DNA from: Octopus bimaculoides
Taxonomy: Eukaryota
DNA: 64,000 nt
Direction: 5' to 3'
Assembly: GCF_001194135.2 (NCBI RefSeq)
Contig: NC_068993.1
Location: 44,836,377-44,900,376, forward strand
The notes beneath the pieces are model-generated. The model was not told where the DNA came from, ran no database searches, and was given only the letters and a program-made list of their open reading frames with translations. Below, one piece after another: positions 12,043-24,131 of the stretch. The position numbers and the translations under genes were made by a program. Numbering within the stretch: position 1 is the stretch's first letter; each line of letters starts with the position of its first letter.

Positions 12043-13215
12043 AATTCTTTCTATTATAGGCACAAGGCCTGGAATTTTTGAGGTAGGGCTTGTCAATTAC
12101 TTTGAGCCCAGTACTTAACTGGTACTTATTTCATCGAACCCAAACAGATGAAAGGCAAAGTTGACCTTAGTAGAATTTGAACAAAGAATGTGGACAGAAA
12201 AAATACTGCAAAGCTAACAATTTTCCCAGCCTGCTACTTTAATAATAATCCTTTCTACTATAGGTACAAGGTCTCAAATTTAAGGGAAGGGATTAAGTCG
12301 ATTACATTGACTCCAGTACGCAGCTGGTACTTAATTTATTGATCTCGAAATGATGAAAGATAAAGTCGACCTCGATGGAATTTGAACTCAGAATATAGCA
12401 ACGGGTGAAATACTGCTAAGCATTTTGTCCAGCATGCTAACGATTCTGCCAGCTCGCCATCCTTATAATAATAATAATAATAATTCTTTTTAGGAACAGT
12501 AGATCTTTTCTACCCAAAAGGGTTTTTCAAGCCAATACTTATTTGCTATTATTGACCCTAAAAAGATGAAAAGCAGAGTCGACCTTGGCATAATAGTAAT
12601 AATGGTTTCAAATTTTGGCCCAAGGCCAGCAATTTTAGGGGAAGGTGTAAGTCGATTGTATCGACCCCAGTACTCAACTGGTGCCCCTTTTATCAACTTT
12701 CAAAGGATGAATGGACAAAGTCAACCTTGATGGAATTTGGACTCAGAATATAGAGAGTCAGAAGAAATCACCAATGCACAAGTGATTCCGCCAGCTTGCC
12801 ATCTTAATAATAATAATAATAATGCAGTGAGTTGGCAGAATTGTTAGAATGTTAGAAAAATTGCTTTGCAGTTGTTCTTATGGCCCTCTAAGTTCTGAGT
12901 TCAAATCCCACCAACATCAACTTTATGTTTCATCCCTTAAAATAATCATCAAAAACTCCCTTTAAAACTCCTGACTATATGTTTATGTTATAAATAAAAT
13001 TGGTTCCAAACTTTGGCACAAGGCCAGTAATTTCGGGGAAAGGGGTAAGTCAGTTATATCGACCTTAGTGCTCAACTGGTTCCTATTTTATCAACCCTGA
13101 AAGGATGAAAGGCAAAGTTGACCTTGTAAGAATTTGAACTCAGAACATAAAGACAAATGAAATGCCACTAAGCATTTTGCCTGGAGTGCTAACGATTCTG
13201 CCATCTCTCCACCTT
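12043..13215. mobile_element. Cluster of about six SINE family A copies joined by (AAT)n linkers
   Basis: Minus copies at about 12043-12240, 12247-12465, 12525-12590 (partial), 12600-12805 and 13000-13215. One plus copy at about 12822-12935. Confidence 0.85.
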
Positions 13216-13329
13216 ACATGTTATAAATACTATTGATAATAATTATCAAAATTATCATTATTACATTTGGTGAGTGGTACTATATTATTATTGGTACTGT
13301 AAAGTATTGGACTAAATACAAACATAACG

Positions 13330-13470
13330 TAGTGGTTAAGGTGTTGCACCTATGATTGCAAGATTGTGGTTTCAATTCCTAGACTGGCTGTACATTGTGT
13401 TTTGAGCAAAACACTTCATTTCATGTTTTTCCAGTCCCACTCAACTGTGAATGAGTAACCATGCAGTGGA
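13330..13470 (+). mobile_element. MIR-like tRNA-derived SINE family D (other copies 19790-20040 -, 26590-26895 -, 41140-41300 +, 46480-46712 -)
   Basis: gtagtggttaaggtg (A box), ggtttcaattcc (B box), gcattgtgtt.ttgagcaaaacacttcatttcatg..ccagtc.actca.ctgt.aatgagtaacc. Confidence 0.7.
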
Positions 13471-14094
13471 TTAGCATACAAGGGCGAGATGGTGACTCGG
13501 GTCTTGCAAGCCATTTTTTTAATTCAATGATTGAAAGGATGGATAGTACAACCCATACTGTGATTCCCAAATGGTCAAGATTAAGGAAGAAAAAGAAAAT
13601 TGCTTTCCCTACTAAAGCAGCAGTTAGCCTTACAGGCAAGCATGACAGTCATGGAACCCTTTCTGAGGTAGTGTTTTACAGTAAATGTCCTTCTTGTTGT
13701 TAACCCATTTTGTTACATCTTATGACATATAGGGATACAGTATTTTGATTCTAAAGGAGGATGTACAATATTTTTGTTTAAATATGTGTTTATTGTACAC
13801 CTCCTAACAGCTTCACTTAGTTTATCATCCCACAGGAGTCAGCAAAAATAAGTCTTAGTTAATAGTATTAATAAATTGTTAGTAAGTTTGTACTGCAACA
13901 GTTTAGTTGATTGGTACTTGGTCCTGGATATCAAAAAATAAATAATTTCAGCTCTTTAGATTCTTGGTTCAAATCTTACTTAGGTCAACTTCGCTTTTTA
14001 TCTTTTTTATTTTTTATTTGTTTACATGTGCCCTAGGACCCATAAGGCTGCTTGCCTGGTTTCCATAGCATATAAGTGATTGAGATCACATTTC

Positions 14095-14310
14095 CCTGAA
14101 CGTTTGAAACCAGCAATTTTGAGGAGAAGGGAAAAGTTGATTACATTGACTACAGTACTTGCTGGTACTTTATTTTATCAACCCCGAAGAGATGAAAGGT
14201 AGAGTTGACTTTGGTGAGATTTGAACTCAGAACATAAAGGGCTGGAAGAAATGCTACTAAACATTTTGCCCAAGGTGGTAACAATTTTGCCCACTTGTTA
14301 CCTTGTGTTC
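14095..14310 (-). mobile_element. SINE family A copy
   Basis: ctggtactttattttatcaaccccgaagagatgaaaggtagagttgac...gatttgaactcagaac. Confidence 0.75.
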
Positions 14311-14958
14311 TTTTTCTTTTTTTTACCTTTCTAGCATCAATAGAATAAGTACCAGTTGAGTATAAGAGTTGATCTAATTAATTGATTGTGTATATTCCCT
14401 AAGTTTGAGATCTTGTGCCTATGATGAAAAAATCAAATGTTGCTATTGTTGTTACTGTTAATCATTTGGTATCATTTCTATAACTCTCCCAAAAGTTAAC
14501 TAAGAACAAGCTGAGGAAAGCATTCATAGATTGCAGTGTAGCAGAGCTTAGGAAAGTATCTATTTTATTTGAAAGGCACTCTTCTTCCAAAGAGAAGAAG
14601 AAAGAAGTGAATGTGTATGTGTCTTATAGAGGACGAGTGAGAGAGAATGAGTGAGTTTGTGTCTTCCAGAGAGAGAGAGAGAGAGAGAGAGAGTGAATGT
14701 TTGTGTATGTGTCTTCTACTTTAATTCCTGTGTTTTTGTCATGAGTTTTCCATTATTGTTTAGCTTCCTCGTTTCATGTTTAGAGAACCACTGTCTTTTG
14801 GTGTGTAGATGTGGGGTGGGCATTTTGGAGCTGATGAATTATTTAAATACAGATTTTTTTTTTTCCCTCATTTTATTCTTTTCAAGAAAAATTCTTCTGT
14901 ATAGGCTTTTGAAATTTTTTATCTTTTCTGGGTTTCTTTTTTATTGATAAATCATATA

Positions 14959-15002
<44 letters not shown>

Positions 15003-15456
15003 AGATAGATAAATAGGTAGATAAATAGATTGATAGATAGATAGATAAATTTGTTGATAGTGAAGAAGATAAAGAGACATAAACATTATGGTGAATCATA
15101 GGAGCAATAATTTGTTTATAATAATAAAAAAAAGTGCCTGTTTTTATTCAATCAGGTCTATATTTTCTTTTTTTGTTGTTGGTTGCTCTTTAGACACTCA
15201 TATACTAACATGTCCCACTTGTAGCCACTTACGTATGCACACTGTTACTCAGATACACACATATATACACAACTCTTCGGTACATATGCACTATGTATGC
15301 ATATAGATAGATGTATGCTAATAGTAACATATCTATGTGCATGTCTTTGCTTGTGTGCACTCTTACATATATGTCTCAGTATACGTATATCTGCCTCTAT
15401 ACTTGTACATATATTGATACACACATACACACACCTGTATGCAACAGTAGAATGTA

Positions 15457-15683
15457 CAGTGGTTCTCAACTGGGGTCTATATAAAATTTTTCTAAAATTT
15501 ATGTGCATTAAATTGGTTATACTTATCCAATACACAAAATATTTTAACAATTTTTTTTTTATACAATTCTTAATAATATTTAATTATAAAAATTCAGTAG
15601 GACCTTAAACACATTGAATAGCTATGTGGGTCTACCTGAGTAAAACAGGAACCAGAAGGGTCCACAAAAAATTGGTTGAGAAC
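15457..15683. mobile_element. hAT-type MITE with anomalous right end
   Basis: Left CAGTGGTTCTCAAC. The right end GTTGAGAAC lacks the terminal CACTG. Internal GGGTC(C/T)AC motifs. Confidence 0.7.
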
Positions 15684-16126
15684 TACATTCTATTTCTTAT
15701 GACTAATTCATTTACTCCATTATTTTGTCCATTCCTATGACCTTGTAGTCAAGAGTTGATTACCTGTTGATGGATACTTCTGACCATAAAAGACCAAACA
15801 TTTATATATCTCTCTCGCTCTGTTGCATTAACTCATAGAATACATGTATCCTACAGATACATCGATGATAGAATTGGTAGAGCACCAAACCTAATGTCTT
15901 GGGATATTTCGTATACTCTTTGCCTCCTCTTTATGTTTGTAAGTTCACAAATTCTGCCTTAGCCGTTGACTCTGCCTTTCATCTCTGATAAGAGAAAAAA
16001 AGTGAAGCAAGTACCACAGTTAGGAAATAATGAACAGTTATATCTTTAAATTCAGTGCTCAAGCATGGCCACAGTCTAATAACTGAAACTAATAAAATAA
16101 TGAAAGAATATATATTTACGTATGCA

Positions 16127-16182
<56 letters not shown>

Positions 16183-17330
16183 TGTACTGAATTTTGAAGG
16201 GGATGTACTTGGCTATCTCTATATGTCCATGTAAAACAAGTTTTTGAGGAAATATATTTGTGTGTATGTATATGTGCATACATACATATGTGTATGTGTG
16301 TATATTCATCCATCCCACAGCTTTTGACTTATTCAGTCCAAGGGAATTTTAACCCAATATTTACATGTTACTATATATAACTTTATCTACTTCAAGTGCC
16401 ACCATTATAAACAATTTCTGTCTGTCTATCTATCTATCTATCCTCATACACGCACACACAAACATACAAACATACATATATTACACATATATACACTCAT
16501 ATAAATGTCTGTATACATACACACATACACATATATTCACAGATATAAATGCTTTTCCACAAATGTACCCGTGTGTGTTTGTAAATGTATACACACCTAC
16601 ATATTAGAACAGGCCATAGTTTTGGAGAGGGATGTGTGTTAGTACACATACATACATTCATTCATACATATATTTTGAACTAAGATGTATGCATGTACAT
16701 ACATGTATATATACACTCGTTTTTAAAAAGATTGTTGTGCTACATTTTGTTCTGTTTAGATCAAAATATTTTATTATATCTTAATTTATATTGTCATTAT
16801 TATTATTATAATTATTTGTTATTTCTTTTTACACTACTGAATTATTTATAGACATTAAGTAATGATAATGATGGTAACTAACACCACTGGTGGTGGTGGT
16901 GGTGGTGGTGGTGGTAGTCGTCATTGTAGGTAAGTAGAAAGTGATAGAAGTAGTTATGGTGCTGGTAGTGACAGTGGTAGTGGCAGGACCACTAGTGGTG
17001 ATGGTAGTAGTAGTAACAGTAGTGGCTTTAATAAAGATAATGCAGGAATAACAGGATAACAGTTAATAGATGCCAAATGGCTCGCTAGAAGATTAAACAT
17101 ACAATTGCAATGATTTCTTAATTAGGCCAAAATCTTTGAGTAATTATAATTAAGGTCTTGTGCAAAAATATAGGTGACATTTTACCTAATGAGCTTCTTA
17201 TTAACCAAGGCTTTTTTTTTTGCATTTTACTCCCTTTTTTTTTTCCTTATTTAAAAAAAATTTCTTCATATGGTTTTCATTCATTCTTTTAAAAACCAGT
17301 TAGAACTTGTGTTGGTTTTTGGTGATTGTA

Positions 17331-17545
17331 TTAACTCTAGTGTTTCAACCAGCCATATCTGATATTCTAGCTGCTTTATGTTTAAACTGGCTAGATCCAG
17401 CTTATCACATCTATCCCTCAGTGTGATTCTAATAATAAACAATCATCAAAATCTCAAGGCTATGAGATCATGCTTGATTACTTCAAAACAATATGAATAA
17501 ATAAGAATTACATTTGACAGAGTAATCTGAATGCTAAAGAGTTAA
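17331..17545. mobile_element. TTAA-flanked MITE (second family, end TTAACTCTTTAGCATTCAG)
   Basis: TTAA at both ends (17331-17334, 17542-17545). Right end ctgaatgctaaagagTTAA, degenerate left end TTAActctag. Confidence 0.7.
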
Positions 17546-18329
17546 AGTATAAAGTGACTAAAAATTCTACCAACACTTGTAACCTAAACTTAATCCCCAA
17601 CTAAAATCAGTGACAAGGCTGGTTCTTTGAATTGCAAGTACATTCCATCCACCAAACCTTTCACACAGTTTCTGATTATCAAATTTCACTCACAGAGGCT
17701 TTGGTCAACACAAGGGTATGGTAGAAGATACTTGCCCAAGGTCTCTGAACTTTTTCCTCTTTCTGACAGAGAGTCATGCTTGAAACGTCACATCCATTTT
17801 TTTTTCATCTTAAACTTTCTCTGAGTGTTGACCTGATAGATTTACTGGGTACATTCTTTTAAGTTCTGTTGTTTTTCCTGTTTTTGTTTTTGTTTTGCCT
17901 ATATACATATATGTGTGTGTGGGTATATGTATAGATGTATCAATCTCTTTCTCTCTCTCTCTCTCTGTTTGTCTTGACATTGCATCATTGTAGTAAATGA
18001 ATGTCATTCATTTCCATTATTCTACAAAAACATGTCTGGCCATAGGGAAATATCTTGCTTGGAAACAGGTAAGGGCTGGTGATAGGAAGGGCATCAGATT
18101 ATAGGAAATTTGCCTAATTTACTTCATCTGACCCATACAAGCATGGGAAAATGGACATTAAGACAATGATGATGACCTACACATACATGTATATACACAC
18201 ACATACACACACACCTTATCGAATTTTGCGTTGTTTTAAATTACAATAAATGCAAATTGTCTAGTCCATTGGGATTTGTGCTTTCAGTTTTCTGCAGTCA
18301 CAGCATTCACTCCACCCCATTCTTGAATT

Positions 18330-18720
18330 AACTTTTTTGGATTTACTCCCACTCTGATATTCCTAGCATGAATCTTTCCATGACCTTCCATGTTATAACC
18401 AATCACTGTTCTTTCTTCTTTGTAGTTGCCTACTTGGCTTATATTTGCAGTTTACCCAAAGTTCACATATTCCTTCACCTCCTCAATTTCATTGTTCCCT
18501 ACCACTATTTAAGCCTTATTGCTAATTTTGTTTTAGGCCACATGCATCTTGTTCTCATGTGATATATTTTGAGGCCTACTGCTGAACTCTGGATGTCCAG
18601 CTCTGTCAGCATAGTTTACAACTTATCTATGGTGCCTGCAATGAGCATGATACCATCTGTGAATTGGAAGTGTGTTAGTAGATTTCTATAGATGTTGATG
18701 TTGCCTTTCCAATCAATTTT
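18330..18720 (-). mobile_element. RTE-clade LINE reverse-transcriptase fragment, degenerate
   Basis: NINIYRNLLTHFQFTDGIMLIAGTIDKL*TMLTELDIQSSAVGLKI...NNEIEEVKEYVNFG matches the RTE pattern HLRFADDIVLIA..LQ.ML.EL...S..VGLK...IEEV..YLG. Confidence 0.8.
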
Positions 18721-19466
18721 GACTGGATGTTTGATGACTGAAATTTGATTTTCAAATGCAAAATTCAGTTGCTTGGCTTTTGGTGCTCTCTGTATGTGTG
18801 TGTCTCTATCTATCTATACACACACATACACACACATCCCACTTACATCCTCACTCACACACACACACACTCACACACACACACACACACACGCACGCAC
18901 ACACACACACACAGAGGATTAAAATTATATGGAAAAAGAGATATCAAATTATAGACTGTTAACATATATTCTTTGCTTTCTATATTTTCAAATGCCAAAA
19001 TGTTAAAGTCTAAGACAAGTTTCCTTGCAAAATAACGCTGTTGTTGAGTTGTTTATTTTATTTATGATTGTTTCCTAATCTTCTCAATCTTTGTTTATTT
19101 TATTTCATTATATTTTTTTTTGTTTGTGTGCTATAAGTCACTGATTTTCATTGGATTTGTCAAACCACCACCACCACCACTTTCCTCTTGTTACTTCTTG
19201 GTAGTAAGCCTATTAGGATGAAACTCTAAAGACTTTGCCTCCTCACATGTTACACTCTACCTTCTTGGTGCTAAAGCTCATTAGATCTAATAGTAAGTAA
19301 AACCTAGAGATGCATAAACATGTCGCTGTTTGATATATTAATCCTATAAGATCTGAAAAGTCTAAAGATGGTGATGATGGATATTTTTTCCTGTTAATAT
19401 ATTCACCAATTGAGTAATGTTGTTATGTATTAACCATGTGGCAGACAATAATGTCTGTATGTCTAC

Positions 19467-19625
19467 ATCATCATCATCATCATTTAACGTCCACTTTCCA
19501 TGCTAGCATGGGTTGGACGATTTGACTGAGGACTGGTGAAACTGGATGGCAACACCAGGCTCCAATCTAAATTTGGCAGAGTTTCTACAGCTGGATGCCC
19601 TTCCTAATGCCAACCACTCAGAGAG
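19467..19625 (-). mobile_element. SINE family C, 3' part
   Basis: (CAT)n-ttaacgtccactttccatgctagcatgggttggacg; nearly identical to the insert at 22468. Confidence 0.85.
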
Positions 19626-20260
19626 TGTAGTTAATCATGAATGGTTAATGTTTTGTCATATAAAACTTGGGCTTAATATCAACTTAATACTTACACTTTA
19701 TTCATTACATATTACACTGTCAATTAGGAAAAGTGTTTGCTCCATGACTTCCCAATTTTTCTTCCTATCATAACACTAATTGTGATTTATGTAGGGAAGG
19801 TACATGACCTGGTGTTTAGGGTGTTCTACATGCAATTGCCATTTCATGGTTTTGATTCTTGAACCAGGCAGTGTATTGTGTTCCTGAGCAAAATATTTGC
19901 TTTCACATTGCTTCAGTTCACTCAGCTGTGAATGAATAACCCTGTGATGGACTGGTATCCTGTTAATGTGGTATGTTGTGATCTCAGTTAACTTGTATGC
20001 CATGGAGACTGGGTAACTGGCCCCATGAGTCCAAGGATTCAAGACAGTAATGTCCAGAGGTTGATGATGATGATGATGATGTGATTTATGCAAAATGAAG
20101 AAATTGCAGTTCATTATTTACCCTTGACTTGGGACAAAATGCCTCGTTTCTTTAGTTTCAAGCTCAAACCCTGTCAGGGCTACATTGCTTTTCGGCCTTA
20201 CAGGATTGATGAAATAAAGCGCCAGTCAAAAACTGGGATTGATGATAATGACTTACTCAC

Positions 20261-20308
20261 CCAACACACATGCACTTCTTCTCAAAACTGCTGAATTGGT
20301 GCTTCAAT
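20261..20308 (-). CDS. Candidate short exon (48 nt), unknown protein
   Basis: Minus strand actgtttcAG|ATTGAAG...GTTGG|GTGAGT. The only open frame is xLKHQFSSFEKKCMCVG (phase 2 to 2). Confidence 0.22.
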
Positions 20309-20380
20309 CTGAAACAGTTATTGGCACACCCTATTTCCAAATACTACAGAATATCAAATGTAAAAGCTTTCTCTCTCACA

Positions 20381-20441
<61 letters not shown>

Positions 20442-20723
20442 GTGTGTGTATATATAAATATATACACTCATGTATTATGCCATCTAATATGATTATAATC
20501 AAACATTGCTTGTATTTTTGTGTATTATAGTTAACACTCGCACTTTGGTGTTCACACATACTCACACGCTGAAATACACTTTTGTTCACATTTTTATGCA
20601 CATGCACACACACAGTCATGCTCACAGACGCTTACTCCAACCTATACCACAACAAAAACGGCTTTTGATACTAAACAAGGCAAAAGTTCAACATACACTG
20701 GATCACTGGGGCAATTCTCCTAT

Positions 20724-20810
20724 ATCTGTGGAAGCACTCCTTGGAATATTACTCATGCATCTGTAGCAGTACTCCTTGGTGTATTACTCATACACCTGTA
20801 GTAGTACTCC
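20724..20810. repeat. About 35-bp tandem repeat, 2.5 copies
   Basis: atctgtggaagcactccttggaatattactcatgc / atctgtagcagtactccttggtgtattactcatac / acctgtagtagtactcc. Confidence 0.8.
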
Positions 20811-21299
20811 CACAATACACATGCTGGATCACATCTTAAACAAAACATGTCTGTCCACCTAAAAAGTAAAGCCTTACTTACAATAATGCTTTTAATCTCA
20901 CTCATTATTAATCTTTACTCTCTCTGTAGTGCCTGCTACTGCTCCTCTTACAGCTACTACTACATTTACTTCTCTGAACTTGCTGACTGTATTTACCATC
21001 ACTTACTAAATCTATTTGTATTACCACCTATCTCCTTCTTTTAATCCAACCGTGTTTTATCTACTTAACTCAGAACTAACCATTTTCTCAAAACTCTCTC
21101 AAGACTTCTCTCTCCTAGCATATATTTTGGTCTTAGGAGGAAAAAATTCAGGTTTCTCTACATTAATCATATTTATTTGACTTAACTAAATCTATTCCCA
21201 AGCTATAGTCTATAGACACTATTTTCCTCTACATTGGCTCAGAGTACAACTATGGACACTGCCTTTCATCACCTTGGTAAAATTTTGTTCATCAGGCAA

Positions 21300-21570
21300 A
21301 ACTGCAGGTGTGGCTGTATGATTAAGAAATTTGCTTCCCAACCACATTGCTTTGATTTCAGTCCCATTGCGTGGCACTTTGGACAAGTGTTTTTTTTTTT
21401 TTTACTATAGCCCGGGACTGATCAAAGTTGATTTAGTAGATAGAAACTGAAAGATGCCTCCTTGTCTTGACATTGTGGGATTGTTGGAAATGGTTGTCAT
21501 TCGTTTCTAACATCCTGTGAAAACATAATGCCATGGGAAAATATTACTTTGATTGGAAACAGGTGAAGAT
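21300..21570 (+). mobile_element. SINE family B, 3'-truncated, abutting the piggyBac
   Basis: ctgcaggtgtggctgtatgattaag...gcacttt.gacaagtg...ggaaacaggtgaag, followed directly by transposase-coding sequence. Confidence 0.8.
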
Positions 21571-23701
21571 ATTAGTGATTCCTTCTATTTCTCTGAAGAT
21601 GATGGTGAAAGTGATTGTGTGCTGGACAGTTTAGGTCCTGTGTCATCAAATGATGAGGATACCCAAAAGCAATTATCTGCAAACCACCCAATTATGAATG
21701 AGCAATGTGTTTCTAGAGACAGACAAGAAGTTTGGCATCTTAATCCTCTTACTCAAGTAGCAGTAAGAACCTTGTCTTGCAATATTGTGCGCCAAAAATG
21801 TGGCGCTAAATCCCGTTTTGCTAAAAGGTCTTGCAATAGCATTAAAATATGTTTTACTATCTTTATGCGCCAGAATCTTCTTGAAGTAATTCGTAAATGG
21901 ACAAATGTTGAAGGTCAGGTTGTTTACAAAGATAAATGGAAGGAAATTGATCACTCTGAACTAAAGAAATTTATTGGACTGATTATTCTTCTAGGTGTTT
22001 ATAAATCTAAACACGAAAACGTCACACAGTTATGGAGTCGAGAAGATGGCTGCCCAACAAAATTATGAGCCAGGGAAGATTTCAACAGAGTTTACAAGTA
22101 TTGCATTTTGATGATGCTAGTGCAAGAAGAAAAATAGAGAAGTGATGATAAATTGGAGTCCATAAGAGAAGTATTTGAAATGTGGAATCAGAATTTGCAA
22201 GATGGATATGTTCCAAGTTCATGCATGACTGTTGATGAACAATTAGTTTCATTCAGAGGGCGCTGCTCATTCTGGGTGTATATTCCTTCAAAACCAGGGA
22301 AATATGGAATTAAAAATTTTGGCAATATGTGACAGTGAAATATCTTATGCCTGGAAAATGCAAAACTACACTGAAAAAGACTCAGTAAAAGGGAGAGAGA
22401 GACAAATCAAGGTTCAAAAGTTGTTGAAGACCTAGTAAAAAACCTTGAAAATGCTGGTCGCAATATCGTCGTCGTCGTTTAACGTCCGCTTTCCATGCTA
22501 GCATGGGTTGGACGATTTGACTGAGGACTGATGAAACCAGATGGCTACACCAGGCTCCAATCTGATTTGGCAGAGTTTCTACAGCTGGATGCCCTTCCTA
22601 ACGCCAACCACTCAAAGAGTGTAGTGGGTGCTTTTACGTGTCACCCGCACGAAGGCCAGTCAGGCGGTACTGGCAATGGCCACGCTCAAAATGGTGCATT
22701 TCATGTGCCACCCGCACAAAAAAAAAAGCAAAAAAACTTGTGATAATTTTTTTACAAGTTTAGGATTGGCTTGAAAGCTGCTTAGCAAGAAAACTACTTT
22801 TGTTGGAACAATTAGAAAGAACAGAGTTGAATTTCGAAGTGCTTTCACAAATGGAAAAGAAAGAGAAATCAATAGTACAGTATTTGGATTTCAAAAGGAT
22901 TCTATGATCCTATCTTATTGTTCCAAGAAAAATTATGGAGTCACATTTATGAGTATAATGCACTCTCAGCCTTCAATTGATTCAAAAAATGCTGAAAAGA
23001 AACCATAAGTTATTACATGTTACAACAAAACAAAAGGAGGAGTAGATACCCTAGATAAGATGGTAAGGACATATACTTGCAAAAGAGTGACTCGAAGATG
23101 GCCTATGGTTATATTCTACAACATGATTGATATAAGTACAGTGAATGCTTTCATTGTTGCTAAACTGCTTCACTTGCAAAGTTTCACGGATAAAAGAAGA
23201 CAGTGCCTAATTCACTTAGGAAAGGAACTCGCTGGAGTTAATGCTAAACAAGAACATGACAAACAATCTTCTAGTTCCGCTAACATTTCTCAACTAAACA
23301 AGGAAAGAAGACGATCTTCAACCTCATTTGAGATTCCACAGCCAAAGAAAAAAGGAAGATGGTATTTGTGTGGTCCAAAAAAAGGCAGGAAAACTCTTAT
23401 TACATGTAAGAATTGTAATATCCATGTTTGACAAGAACATTCCAATGTTGTCTGCATTCACTGCCATGAAGAGCTGTAATTCTGTATTTTTGTAATTTTA
23501 AAAATTTATAATATATTCTGGAAGCTGTATTTTTTTATCAAAATTTGTGAGAAACAGTTTTTTATTCACCTGATAGCATATATAATTTAGCTAAGAAATA
23601 GTGGTAGTCTGAATAAAATTTAATCAAAAGAAAAATATTGGGTCCATTGGCCCCAGTTGGTAATTAGTGACATACATTTTCTCTGGTAGACCAAAGGTTA
23701 A
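21570..23701 (+). mobile_element. piggyBac DNA transposon, 5'-truncated, inactivated transposase
   Basis: Reconstructed frame contains ELKKFIGLIILLG, MTVDEQLVSFRGRC, PSKPGKYGIK, GRNI-TCDNFFTS, YNKTKGGVDTLD, RRWPMVIFYNMID and a C-terminal Cys-rich region. Several frameshifts and stops. Right end ...ctggtagaccaaagg-TTAA (23698-23701), subterminal gggtccattggcccc. No left TIR found. Confidence 0.95.
22468..22735 (-). mobile_element. Young SINE family C copy inserted in the piggyBac ORF
   Basis: Removing 22468-22735 restores ...CGC AAT ATC|ACT TGT GAT AAT (RNI-TCDN). (GAC)n tail, CpG-rich. Confidence 0.92.
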
Positions 23702-23913
23702 AGTGTTATGGTATAGCAAACATAGCATGGAAGTGAAAACAAAATGATAGATTGGTTAAAAGAGCTGTTGGGATAATTGAAATAATGTTAACAGCAGGTA
23801 GGTTGTGATTTAAATTGTCTATCTAGTCTTTTGCTGTGAGCTCAATTGGAAAGAAGGACAAAATATGAAAAAAAGAAAGCAATTATGTAAAGAATTTATA
23901 TAATCTGTTATTG

Positions 23914-24131
23914 TAATCCTTTTGATACCAAGCTATCCAAAATTCCCTCTGGCTCTGTGTTAGAAAACTTCTTGTAATAAGGTGTCTATATTTAAGCCTT
24001 CTGTTTTCAAACACCAAATTTATAATTGAAAATGTTATTTCACTAAATTCCATCAAATTCTTCATTATTTTAAAAATTAATTGAAATGCATAGATAGTGT
24101 ATCACTAGAATTATAGTAGCAAAATTGTTAA
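23914..24131. mobile_element. TTAA-family MITE, degenerate
   Basis: Begins taatccttttgatacc and ends gtagcaaaattgTTAA. Similar to 2575-2777 and 10860-11049. Confidence 0.6.

Noticed and set aside
12043-13215. Repeat array that might be read as CRISPR-like
   Set aside because: Units are about 200-bp diverged SINEs with microsatellite linkers. There are no short identical repeats with unique spacers and no cas genes.
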